Source of the DNA: an uncultured delta proteobacterium
GTDB taxonomy: Bacteria; Myxococcota; Myxococcia; Myxococcales; Anaeromyxobacteraceae
NCBI GenBank assembly: GCA_963845515.1
Contig: CAWJSR010000047.1
Location: 1-41,644, forward strand
Length of the DNA stretch: 41,644 nt
Direction of reading: 5' to 3'
Within the stretch, counting starts at the first letter, position 1. Every line of letters begins with the position of its first letter. The notes under the pieces were generated by a model. It did not search any database, was not told the DNA's origin, and saw nothing but the letters and a program-made list of their open reading frames with translations. A program made the translations under genes and the position numbers. Below, one piece after another: positions 9,374 to 17,165 of the stretch.

Positions 9374-9610
9374 CTACCGGCGGCGCCAGCGATTGACGAG
9401 CCGCGAGCGAACGGTCGCCCAGTCTTCGGTCGTCACGGTGCCGGCCCTGACCTCGCGGGCGCGCTGCTCCAACTCGGAGACCCACGCCTCGGCGGCGTCG
9501 GCATCGCCGCCAGCGTCGAGGCTCAACAGCAGCTCGTGAGCGATCCGCGCGCGATCTCGGACTGGCAGCGCGAGCGCGGTGGAGAGGACGTCGGTGGGCT
9601 CGGTCGGCAT
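9374..9610 (-). CDS. Addiction-module antitoxin (TIGR02574-like)
   Basis: ALALPVRDRARIAHELLLSLD...AEAWVSELEQR. TATAAT lies 7 nt before the ATG (leaderless). Stop is 3 bp upstream of the toxin start. Confidence 0.85.
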   Translation of the reverse strand: MPTEPTDVLSTALALPVRDRARIAHELLLSLDAGGDADAAEAWVSELEQRAREVRAGTVTTEDWATVRSRLVNRWRRR

Positions 9611-9667
9611 CACGCGGATTATAGCCACCTGTGGCTGACGACGCAGGGACCCGCTCCCGGGTCCAAC

Positions 9668-9720
9668 GAAAAAGCCCCCGGAACCCGGGGGCTTCTAAGT
9701 GGAGGCGCCGGGAATCGAAC
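9668..9720 (-). repeat. Displaced tmRNA 3'-end copy with terminator (att repeat)
   Basis: 53 bp identical to 17134-17186. Confidence 0.92.
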
Positions 9721-9846
9721 ACGCCTTCCGCCGAGTACAAGGTTCAAAGGCGTTGGCGTTTGTGGAGCTTAGGTCGGGCGCGACTTCGGTCGGGTTCGCT
9801 CCGGTGCGGGCCCGGGGCAGGAGTCGTAGGGACCTCACTACTCGGC

Positions 9847-10887
9847 TCAGCCGCCATCTCCAGTCGGGGCCGGCGCTCGCTGCACCGCCACGATTTTGAC
9901 CGCGTACGTCTCGCCAAACGGGGTGAGGCTCCAGTAGGTCTGCTTGTCTGACGGGGCTCGTTTGCGCTGGCTCTTCCGGATGAGACCGAGGGCAAGGAAC
10001 TGCGTCTTGATCGTCTGGAAGTCCTTTGAGTCGATCTCCACCTCGAAGGATGCGCCGTCGGCGAAGCGCCCAAGCTGCTTCTTGGTTAGGAAGCTGAAGA
10101 TCTGCCTGTTCAGTTCGTCCCGAAGCCCTTTCTCAGAGCACTCGTCGAACATCCGAGGGCCGAGGATGCTGAATAGGTCGTTCCACGAGAGCACCGCCGA
10201 GTCGTACGCGTCCGTTCGGTACTGGGTTAGCTGGGGGAAGCTGTACCCAATCGAGAACTTGTCCTCGCCCTGAGCGAGTTGCTCGGTGCCCTCCGGTCGC
10301 GCTACGCGGGCCGATGCTAGCTCGGTCTGGAGCGACTCCACTCGCGCTTGAAGGTCGGCCATGCGCTCCAACATCTCCGACGATGCGGCATGGCGCGCTC
10401 GGATCCACCCCTCTGCGGGCTTCTGCTTGATGAGCTGGACGTAACTCCGCGAGACGGCACCCCCCAGATTCTGCGGAGTCTTCCAGAGCTTGCACATCCG
10501 CTTCTTGGCCTTCTCGCGGAACGCCTGAAGCGCCTTCCGCTTCTCGGCGTCAAGTTCCGCCCGGGAGACAACAACGTCGTCCGGCGACTCGTGAAGGAAG
10601 GCGATGACCGGCTTCTTGGTCTCGAGCGCGTAATCGAATTCCCGCTCAGTGAAGCTGAGCCCCTTCTCGTCTGTCGAGCCGTACCGCGCCCCGATGATGA
10701 GGAGGTAGTAATCGCAGTCGTCGATGACTCGCTTGATCAGGGTCCACTGATCGTCATCAGACGCGGGAAAGAGTTCCATTCCGGCGGGGATGCAGTCCAG
10801 CTCCAGCAGCGCGCGGATGACCTCCTGCCGCTCCTGCTGGAGGTCCGTGTACGTCGAGCTGACGAAGACCTGGTAGCGCTTCTCCAC
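9847..10887 (-). CDS. DUF4062 (TIR-like) domain protein with coiled coil and C-terminal winged-helix-like region
   Basis: YQVFVSSTYTDLQQER...GMELFPAS...IDDCDYYLLIIGARYGS...SFTEREFDYA. GGAGG RBS. Confidence 0.88.
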   Translation of the reverse strand: MEKRYQVFVSSTYTDLQQERQEVIRALLELDCIPAGMELFPASDDDQWTLIKRVIDDCDYYLLIIGARYGSTDEKGLSFTEREFDYALETKKPVIAFLHESPDDVVVSRAELDAEKRKALQAFREKAKKRMCKLWKTPQNLGGAVSRSYVQLIKQKPAEGWIRARHAASSEMLERMADLQARVESLQTELASARVARPEGTEQLAQGEDKFSIGYSFPQLTQYRTDAYDSAVLSWNDLFSILGPRMFDECSEKGLRDELNRQIFSFLTKKQLGRFADGASFEVEIDSKDFQTIKTQFLALGLIRKSQRKRAPSDKQTYWSLTPFGETYAVKIVAVQRAPAPTGDGG

Positions 10888-10929
10888 CGAGAGCCCCTCC
10901 GTCGCGCAGCATACAGGAGGAGCCTGACC

Positions 10930-11382
10930 TCAGGTTGGGTCCCATTTGACGCCGCTCTCGACTTCGAGAGCCTTCTGAACGGCGTGGGCTAGCCTTTGGA
11001 GAAAGCCAAGGTCCGTGTCGACCGGCTGCGTCTCATGGATGTACCGCCAAGTCTCAAAAGTCTCGCGGACCAGGTCGAGGTCGGAGGCGAAATGCTTGGG
11101 GAACCCGGCGTCCGAGATGATCCGGGCCTGCAGGGCCGGCGAGAGCGTATCGAACAGCTTCCTCAGGTCGTGTCCTCGGGGAGCCTTGCCCGCCTGGAAG
11201 AGCGCCAAAGCCTTGAGCCCGAGTTCGACGGAGAAGGCGTAGCAGACAAGGCTGGGCACTTGGAGGAACTGTTGGCGGCCGGAAGGGAGCTGGCGGAACT
11301 CGTTGCATCGCCGGGCCGCGAGAAAGAACACGCGTGACTGTAGACGTGCGCCGTCGCGAATCCTATTTGAACCCGGGGTCAA
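10930..11382 (-). CDS. HEPN-domain protein (start TTG 11382 or GTG 11331)
   Basis: AFSVELGLKAL...GHDLRKLF...FETWRY signature. Confidence 0.72.
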   Translation of the reverse strand: MTPGSNRIRDGARLQSRVFFLAARRCNEFRQLPSGRQQFLQVPSLVCYAFSVELGLKALALFQAGKAPRGHDLRKLFDTLSPALQARIISDAGFPKHFASDLDLVRETFETWRYIHETQPVDTDLGFLQRLAHAVQKALEVESGVKWDPT

Positions 11383-11425
11383 TATGACACGCTCGGGCCG
11401 GTCCGCACCGAAACGGGCCACACTG

Positions 11426-11587
11426 TCACTTCCGCGGCCAGGGGGTCTCCGGCTCAACGTGAGCTGGGATGCTCCGCTCCCTATGCTCCGGAAGAGGCTG
11501 GGGTCTCGGAGGAGGCGGAGGCTGGCGATCAGGCTGTCGCTTCGGCTCAGGCGGCGGGCGAGGCTGCGGTGTCTTCGGGTCTCCCAT
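11426..11587 (-). CDS. Small proline-rich peptide (53 aa), absent from the ORF track
   Basis: MGDPKTPQPRPPPEPKRQPDRQPPPPPRPQPLPEHRERSIPAHVEPETPWPRK*. GGAGG is 8 nt before the ATG, which lies 3 bp after the upstream stop. Confidence 0.65.
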   Translation of the reverse strand: MGDPKTPQPRPPPEPKRQPDRQPPPPPRPQPLPEHRERSIPAHVEPETPWPRK

Positions 11588-11590
11588 GGC

Positions 11591-12118
11591 TCACACCTCC
11601 GGGACAAAGAACGCTTCGGACGGAAACTCCGACAGGACTTCCAACTGACATGCCCGTAGCAGCTTGCGGTTGGCGCAGAGGGTGGGCTCCTGGCTGACCA
11701 GTTCCCGCTCCTTCTTGATCGCCTTCTTCAACTCCGCTTGGGCAGGCGCCGCGTACTTCCGCTCCTGTTCAATCGTGGTCCTGAGCTCTTGAAGGTCGTA
11801 TTCGAGAAGCCGGTATCCAGTCACCAGCCCCTCGTACTTCTTGATCTTGGAGGGGAAGGCGAGGGAGGGCTTGAGGACCGCGGCAACCGCCGCAACGGCG
11901 CCAAGGTAGCGCCACGCCAACGCACCCGCGTCTGACTTCCAAAACCAAAGTGCGGCAACGGCCGACGTCGGGGCAGACACGACGAGCACGAGTTCGATGG
12001 CGGTGCTCCAAAACTGAAGCCGCTTGAGAGATTGGCTGTAATACTTGACGTTCAGTCGAGCCGTACGGAGGCGGTCGTAGACCGCCCAAACGGGGTGATT
12101 CGAATCGCGATCCGCCAA
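11591..12118 (-). CDS. SLATT-like two-TM protein (175 aa)
   Basis: AAAGGAGG RBS before TTG 12118. N-terminal helix, two hydrophobic segments and a helical soluble C-terminus. Confidence 0.65.
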   Translation of the reverse strand: MADRDSNHPVWAVYDRLRTARLNVKYYSQSLKRLQFWSTAIELVLVVSAPTSAVAALWFWKSDAGALAWRYLGAVAAVAAVLKPSLAFPSKIKKYEGLVTGYRLLEYDLQELRTTIEQERKYAAPAQAELKKAIKKERELVSQEPTLCANRKLLRACQLEVLSEFPSEAFFVPEV

Positions 12119-12153
12119 CTGGCCTCCTTTCGCGGCCTGCCTAGGTCCGCCAA

Positions 12154-12399
12154 CTACAGAGACGAACATGGAGTTCCCGCGACGGGGCCCTCCTTGGCGC
12201 GGCAGGCCGTGCACCAGCTCTGAACACCATCGGGGTGCTCCTCGGTGACACGCTTCTCGCTGGCCCCGAAGTGGTCGGCGGGGTGGAAGACGTGCTCCCG
12301 GGCCGAGCTTCCCTTGGAGCAGTTCGGACACGACTTCAGCCGGCCGTTGTCGCGAGTCTGGCTTCTCCTCAGCGGCTTCCCGCAATGAATGCAGGTCAT
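12154..12399 (-). CDS. Small zinc-finger protein (81 aa)
   Basis: Three CxxC pairs (CIHC, CPNC, CTAC). GGAGGG RBS. Confidence 0.7.
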   Translation of the reverse strand: MTCIHCGKPLRRSQTRDNGRLKSCPNCSKGSSAREHVFHPADHFGASEKRVTEEHPDGVQSWCTACRAKEGPVAGTPCSSL

Positions 12400-12491
12400 G
12401 CGCGCCCCCTCCCCGGTTGTAGTGTCCCCCCTCCGTCAAGACAGTGCCGCCGGCGGAAATCGGGCGAGTTGAGCGGCACGGTCTTCGCTTC

Positions 12492-13364
12492 CTACGCAGC
12501 CATCTCGACGGCGAGGCCGAGCTTCTCGGCTCGGTACTCGGCCGGCGTCTTCCAGCCCAGCGCCTGATGCGGCCGCCGGGTGTTGTAGCGAACCTGCCAG
12601 GCGAGGAGCGCCTCGCGCAACTCGTCAGCGGTGTCCCAGTCCCGCAGCCAGACGACCTCCTCCTTCATCGTTCGAATGACGCGCTCGGCGACGGCGTTGC
12701 CCGTCGGCCGGCCCACGGGGGCGAACGTGTGGAAGAGGCCCCACTTCTTCACGAGCGCTGCGCAGTCTGCTCCCGTGTACTGCGGACCGTGATCGCTCCG
12801 GTACTCGACAAGGAGTGGAACCCGAGTCGGGTCGCCGAACGCCTCGCGGAGGGCCTGCTCGACGGACTCGAGGATCGCCGGCCCGTGCTGGTCCTTCGTG
12901 ACCGTCAGCCCGAGTACGCTCCGGCAACCGCAGTCGATGGTCGGTGCCACGGCCACCCAGCCGTCCCGCTTCGTCCAGACGGTGGTGAAGTCGCCGCCGA
13001 AGCGGCGGTTCGGCTCGGGCACCACGACGTGGCCACGGGCGGGTTCGCCCGGCTCCGAGTCGCGCGCCAGAACGAGCCCGTTGGCCTTCATGATCGCGTG
13101 GACGCGCCGCCGGGAGACCTTGAGCCCCTTGCGCTTCAGCGTCGCCCAGGCCTTCCGGACGCCCCAGGCCGGCTCGGCCTTGATGACCTCACGGATCGCG
13201 TCGAGCACAACCTCGTTCGGCGTGTGGGGAGGCGGTCGCCGGATCGAGACCACCTTCGCCGCCGGCCGGGGCTTCTTCGCGGCGTAGTACGCGGCGCGGG
13301 AGATCCCGAACGCCTCGCAGAGCTGGGTCACCGTTGCTACGCCCGCCGAGGTCTCCCTGCTCAT
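12492..13364 (-). CDS. DDE transposase (integrase core, OrfB), copy 1
   Basis: GGDFT / RSDHGPQY / GNAVAERVIRTMKEE, and YNTRRPHQALGWKTP. Confidence 0.92.
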   Translation of the reverse strand: MSRETSAGVATVTQLCEAFGISRAAYYAAKKPRPAAKVVSIRRPPPHTPNEVVLDAIREVIKAEPAWGVRKAWATLKRKGLKVSRRRVHAIMKANGLVLARDSEPGEPARGHVVVPEPNRRFGGDFTTVWTKRDGWVAVAPTIDCGCRSVLGLTVTKDQHGPAILESVEQALREAFGDPTRVPLLVEYRSDHGPQYTGADCAALVKKWGLFHTFAPVGRPTGNAVAERVIRTMKEEVVWLRDWDTADELREALLAWQVRYNTRRPHQALGWKTPAEYRAEKLGLAVEMAA

Positions 13365-13756
13365 CTCCGCGACCTCGCGGGCCGAGAAGGGCGGGGTTTG
13401 ATCCCCATCGCCTTCTGCAGCAGCGTCACCTGCATCGTCGCGTTGAGCGCCGTCTCGCGGAGGATCTCGACTTCGGCCTCCAGCTCGGCTTCCCGCGCGG
13501 ACTTCCCGCTGCCCTGCTTCAGCGCAGCGTCGATCCCAGCGAGTGCGTCGTCGCGCCACCCCTCGACCGTCTGCGGCAGGACACCGAACCGCATCGCGAT
13601 CTGGTCCATGGTCGCCTTGCCGCCGAGGAGCTCCAGGACGGCACGGCGGCGATCGTCTGCGCTCCGACGACCCGGGCGACCGCGCACGTTCTCCGGCACC
13701 GGTTCCGCAGGCGGAGCGACCTTCAGCTCAACCTTCTCGTTCTTCCTCACGAACAA
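13361..13756 (-). CDS. IS HTH protein (OrfA), copy 1
   Basis: AVLELLGGKATMDQIAMRFGVLPQTVEGWRD plus a coiled coil. ATGA overlap with OrfB. Confidence 0.88.
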   Translation of the reverse strand: MFVRKNEKVELKVAPPAEPVPENVRGRPGRRSADDRRRAVLELLGGKATMDQIAMRFGVLPQTVEGWRDDALAGIDAALKQGSGKSAREAELEAEVEILRETALNATMQVTLLQKAMGIKPRPSRPARSRR

Positions 13757-13904
13757 CCTTCTACCCGACCCGCTCTGGGATTTTCGACCCCAGGAGTGTC
13801 AACCTGGGCAGGGGAAACACCGTAGCGCCCCCTCCCCGGTGGCATTGCCGCATCGTCTCAAATCCTGGGGTGGGGCGGCCTTGACGCAGAGCAAACCGCG
13901 CGCT

Positions 13905-14282
13905 TCAGCCGCGCCGGCCAAAGTGCCCGAGCAGCCGCTCCACGACCTCGGCGAGCGCCTCGACATCGCCGGCAGAGCCCCGACGCGCCGCGGCGAGGAG
14001 GCGGTTCAAGGCGCGGTCCTTCTGGCTCTCCCGGTCGAGCGTCCGGAACAGTTCGTGCGTCTCGACACCGAGCGCTGACGCGACCGCCTCCAGCCGGGCC
14101 AAGGACGGAATCGCCGAGCCGCGCTCAAGCCGGCTCACGGTCTCCGTGGCGACGCCAACCCGCTCGGCCAACTGCGCCTGGGTGACCCCCGCTCGCTTCC
14201 GCTGATCGGCGACCCGCCGGCCAAGCCTCTTCTCGACAGCCCATGAATTCCTCGGGCGCCATCCGCGTCGAGCCGTGACCAT
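13905..14282 (-). CDS. XRE-family HTH transcriptional regulator (start uncertain)
   Basis: LGRRVADQRKRAGVTQAQLAERVGVATETVSRLERG..PSL..L..VASALGV. Confidence 0.88.
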   Translation of the reverse strand: MVTARRGWRPRNSWAVEKRLGRRVADQRKRAGVTQAQLAERVGVATETVSRLERGSAIPSLARLEAVASALGVETHELFRTLDRESQKDRALNRLLAAARRGSAGDVEALAEVVERLLGHFGRRG

Positions 14283-14353
14283 TTCCGCCGATTCAAGCCC
14301 ACCATGGAGGTCACCGCCCAAGACCGTCCCCGGGGCTCCGCGACGGTTGACCT

Positions 14354-14656
14354 TCAGTCGACCGGGCCCTCGTACAGGGGCGCCTTGGACCGGAAGGTGA
14401 CGAGGTCCCCCTCGACTGCGCGAATCCCGTACCCATGCCGATCAACGATAGTGTCGGCAACTTCGACCATGCCGGTCGCGTCGTAGTCGAACGCCACCCT
14501 TCCGACGACCAACTCCAGGCCGCGCGCAGGAAATTCGCAACGCCCAATGATTTCCACTCTGCCGAACCCGCAGGAGAGCTTCCGGTCAATGAGGAGATCG
14601 CCCCTCTTGACCTCGCCCGCGGCGACCTGACGGACCGAAAGGATCTTCACTGTCAT
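14354..14656 (-). CDS. Hypothetical beta-rich protein (100 aa)
   Basis: Co-oriented ORF with globular composition. A -10-like CATGAT lies 7 nt before the ATG. Confidence 0.5.
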   Translation of the reverse strand: MTVKILSVRQVAAGEVKRGDLLIDRKLSCGFGRVEIIGRCEFPARGLELVVGRVAFDYDATGMVEVADTIVDRHGYGIRAVEGDLVTFRSKAPLYEGPVD

Positions 14657-14749
14657 GGCCGCAATCATGCACTGCACTCTGACACTCGGGGCGCCAACCT
14701 CTCAGGCCTCTCACGGAGGGCTGGAGTCCAGCCACCGGCGGGGCCTCGT

Positions 14750-15280
14750 CTACGACTCCCACCAGTTCTTGCCGAGTTTGCCGGCCATCATTCTTTGGAA
14801 TGCCGCCCGATCCGGCGCGCGCAGCTTGTCGGCGTGCTGACCGGCGGCCTCCACCTTCGCAGAGAACGCGCCGAGGTCGCGGGTGTTCCAGTACATGACC
14901 GGGAACGGAACGGACCTCGGGACGGCCGGTAGCCGCGGTGGCGGCGAGATCGGGTCGGCCTGCCCCATGCTGGTGACGTGATGGATGTAGACACCGAGCA
15001 GCCCGTTCTTGTTCTCGATCGACTGCTCGATCTCCCACGCAACCCAAGGCCGCTGGTGCGTCTCCTGTCCGATCAGAACGACGGTCACACTCGTCCCCTT
15101 CATCTTCTCGCGCAGGCGGCGGGCGATCTCCTCCGGGTTCTTGCGCTTGACCTCCTCGTACTCGGACTTGTCGAAGAAGCCCGAATCCGTCGTTCCGAGC
15201 ACCACGTTGGAGTTCCGCACCACGTTCACGCGGAAGATGTCCCTCTCGTAGTGGAAGGCAAAGTAGACCCGACGCGCCAT
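14750..15280 (-). CDS. TIR-domain protein (MTH538/DUF1863, ThsB-like)
   Basis: MARRVYFAFHYERDIFRVNVVRNS...TSVTVVLIGQET..RPWVAWEIEQS...GLLGV, with the catalytic Glu in WEI. Confidence 0.9.
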   Translation of the reverse strand: MARRVYFAFHYERDIFRVNVVRNSNVVLGTTDSGFFDKSEYEEVKRKNPEEIARRLREKMKGTSVTVVLIGQETHQRPWVAWEIEQSIENKNGLLGVYIHHVTSMGQADPISPPPRLPAVPRSVPFPVMYWNTRDLGAFSAKVEAAGQHADKLRAPDRAAFQRMMAGKLGKNWWES

Positions 15281-15283
15281 GCG

Positions 15284-15718
15284 CTACCCCCTGAGAGCCC
15301 TGATCCCGACAGCGACGACGGTGATCACGTGGACAGGCCAGACCCCCAACGCGAAGGCGAACGCGAGGATGCTCTTCACGCCGTCGGCGTGAGGGGCAGT
15401 GTTCATGGAGTAGGTCGGCGCCTCGCCGCGGACCGCCGCGTCGTACAGCCGCCGGAACAGGTACTCCTGCCTCAGGAAGTACGCGTCCATCCCCCAGAAC
15501 AGGAGCAGGGGAACGACCACGATCCCCGAGCCCTTCGACCCGTTTGCGAACGCGGGGCCAAGGGCGAAGACGGCGGCCATCACGGTGACCGCCCAGGTCT
15601 TCGCGTTGAACGCGTTCTGCCCCATTCGCCCAATGACACCCTGAAGCATCTGCAGATGCGCGGGGAGGTCCGCCCCCGCGCGGTCACGGGCCCCAGCCTG
15701 TTCCGCTGCACTGCTCAC
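15284..15718 (-). CDS. Three-TM membrane protein adjacent to the TIR gene
   Basis: HLQMLQGVIGRMGQNAFNAKTW + TM + FWGMDAYFLRQEYLFRRLYD + TM. Stop is 3 bp before the TIR start. Confidence 0.8.
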   Translation of the reverse strand: MSSAAEQAGARDRAGADLPAHLQMLQGVIGRMGQNAFNAKTWAVTVMAAVFALGPAFANGSKGSGIVVVPLLLFWGMDAYFLRQEYLFRRLYDAAVRGEAPTYSMNTAPHADGVKSILAFAFALGVWPVHVITVVAVGIRALRG

Positions 15719-15972
15719 GTGAGCACCAACCGCCGAGACGTACGCAGCACATGAACCATAGGCGGCATCATGTACGCGGGTCTGACATCAGGCCCGCGAG
15801 GGCGCACGCCCAACCCGAGGGATTGTGAGCTGCGCGGATCCGCTACTCCCTAGCGCCGCCCATGAATGCGAGTGGTTGAGCGGAGAGGCCGATCCGGGCG
15901 GAGAGCTCGGTACCCGCTCCCGCGACGTGCGAGTATCGCCACGACGGTGTATGGGCACGGGAGGGCGGCCGC

Positions 15973-16473
15973 GTGACGGAGTGGGTCTATGACATCGGAA
16001 CGCAGGGCATCGCCGGTCTGGTTTCGGGGACCGTCGTGGGCAGCGTGCTTCTGTACTCGCAGTTTCGCATGGAGCGGCGTCTGGAACGCGAGCGCCGTCT
16101 GGTGGAAGACCAGCGCGAACTTCTCGGTGCCGCCATCCAGATGCACCAAGTTATCGGAAGGACGTTCGCGGGAACCGGGAGCGCAGAGCGCGTCGCCGCC
16201 GGATGGAACGAAGCGGGCCGTGCAGGGGCCGACTGGGCTGCCATCGAGGCGGCCAGAGACTTCTCCGCTGACGTGTTGAAGGCGTCCCGTGCTGCGCGCG
16301 ACGAGCTCAATTTCGACCTGCTCGGCATCATGGCGATGTCGCCAGCGGGGGGCGGGGGCGAGCCCTCTCAAGAGGAGCGAGCGCGCTGGCTCGCAATCGG
16401 CAAGCGGCGGCACTTGGAGGTTCTTGAGCCGCTCATCGCGGCGTGCAAGCGAATGCCGGAGGCGGAGCGGTAG
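15973..16473 (+). CDS. Hypothetical protein with N-terminal TM anchor
   Basis: GGAGGG RBS, hydrophobic N-terminus, then a helical domain. Confidence 0.55.
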   Translation: MTEWVYDIGTQGIAGLVSGTVVGSVLLYSQFRMERRLERERRLVEDQRELLGAAIQMHQVIGRTFAGTGSAERVAAGWNEAGRAGADWAAIEAARDFSADVLKASRAARDELNFDLLGIMAMSPAGGGGEPSQEERARWLAIGKRRHLEVLEPLIAACKRMPEAER

Positions 16474-16660
16474 CGCGCCGCTGCGCGCCCACGGACGTTC
16501 ACCATCGCAGCAGCGCCGCTGCCACGGCGATGCAGGTCGCGCCCGACGCACGGATGCTTAGGAGGCTGGTCCTTGAAGCTGCGACGTTCCAGAACCACGT
16601 CGCGAGCCGATTCCGGGGCCGCCCCATCATCCGAAGCCCCGCCTTCTGGATGACATACTC

Positions 16661-17041
16661 TTAGCTCCGGTCGTTCGTGGCCGAGGGCGGCGGTCGTGGG
16701 CGATGGCGTCCCCAGCGGGCACAGGCCGCCCAAGCTGCTGTGGGTACGATAATCGGACCACCCCACCACAAGAGGTCGGCAGCAGGCGAGGTCACCGTGC
16801 TCACGACCAGCGCATAGTTGACGCCGACCATGGCGGCGCTCGTCCCGACCACGGCCGCCCCAGTCACCATCTTCGTAATGCGGTCCGCCCGCCACATCAG
16901 CAGAGAAAGCACAAGCACGCCCGGCACAACCAACGATGGAAGGCATAGTCCGACGACGAGCGCCTCGAAACCGTGGGCAGGAGCGACAGCCGGTGGGGCG
17001 AGCCCAACGACCGAGATGACCAGCGGCAACCGAATCTTCAC
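16661..17041 (-). CDS. Hypothetical membrane protein
   Basis: Signal-like N-terminus and three hydrophobic segments. Probable GTG start at 17041. Confidence 0.45.
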   Translation of the reverse strand: MKIRLPLVISVVGLAPPAVAPAHGFEALVVGLCLPSLVVPGVLVLSLLMWRADRITKMVTGAAVVGTSAAMVGVNYALVVSTVTSPAADLLWWGGPIIVPTAAWAACARWGRHRPRPPPSATNDRS

Positions 17042-17134
17042 GCTGCGACCGTACCATGAGTCATATAGGAGACGTGGACTCCCCCGGGCTGGAGACCAAA
17101 CCCCGGAGACCACGGGACACCAAGCTCGGAAAAG

Positions 17135-17160
17135 AAAAAGCCCCCGGAACCCGGGGGCTT
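17135..17160 (-). terminator. tmRNA intrinsic terminator
   Basis: AAGCCCCCGG-GTT-CCGGGGGCTTTTT on the - strand. Confidence 0.85.
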
Positions 17161-17165
17161 CTAAG

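Larger units (their letters stand above)
12418..13824 (-). mobile_element. 1407-bp two-ORF DDE IS (IS3/IS481/IS1202-related), copy 1, 16-bp TSD
   Basis: Ends TGTAGTGTCCCC...GGGGAAACACCGTA shared with copy 2. TSD GCGCCCCCTCCCCGGT at 12402-12417 and 13825-13840. Confidence 0.92.

Noticed and set aside
9695..9720. tRNA-like T arm and acceptor half as a separate tRNA gene
   Set aside because: It has no 5' half and is the duplicated tmRNA 3' end.
11552..11569. PQPRPP match between the small peptide and apidaecin-type antimicrobial peptides
   Set aside because: A six-residue low-complexity match is expected by chance in a Pro-rich sequence.
11383..11607. N-terminal extension of the 225-aa ORF 10930-11607
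   Set aside because: It overlaps the better-supported Pro-rich sORF in another frame, and HEPN-like sequence begins only near 11380-11330.
12400..12432. Hybrid promoter from the IS end TTGACG driving the Zn-finger gene
   Set aside because: No -10 hexamer at 16-18 bp spacing. TACAAC is only 12 bp away.
9721..17133. Integron cassette array explanation for the co-oriented short genes
   Set aside because: No recurring attC-like (RYYYAAC...GTTRRRY) palindromes between genes and no IntI.
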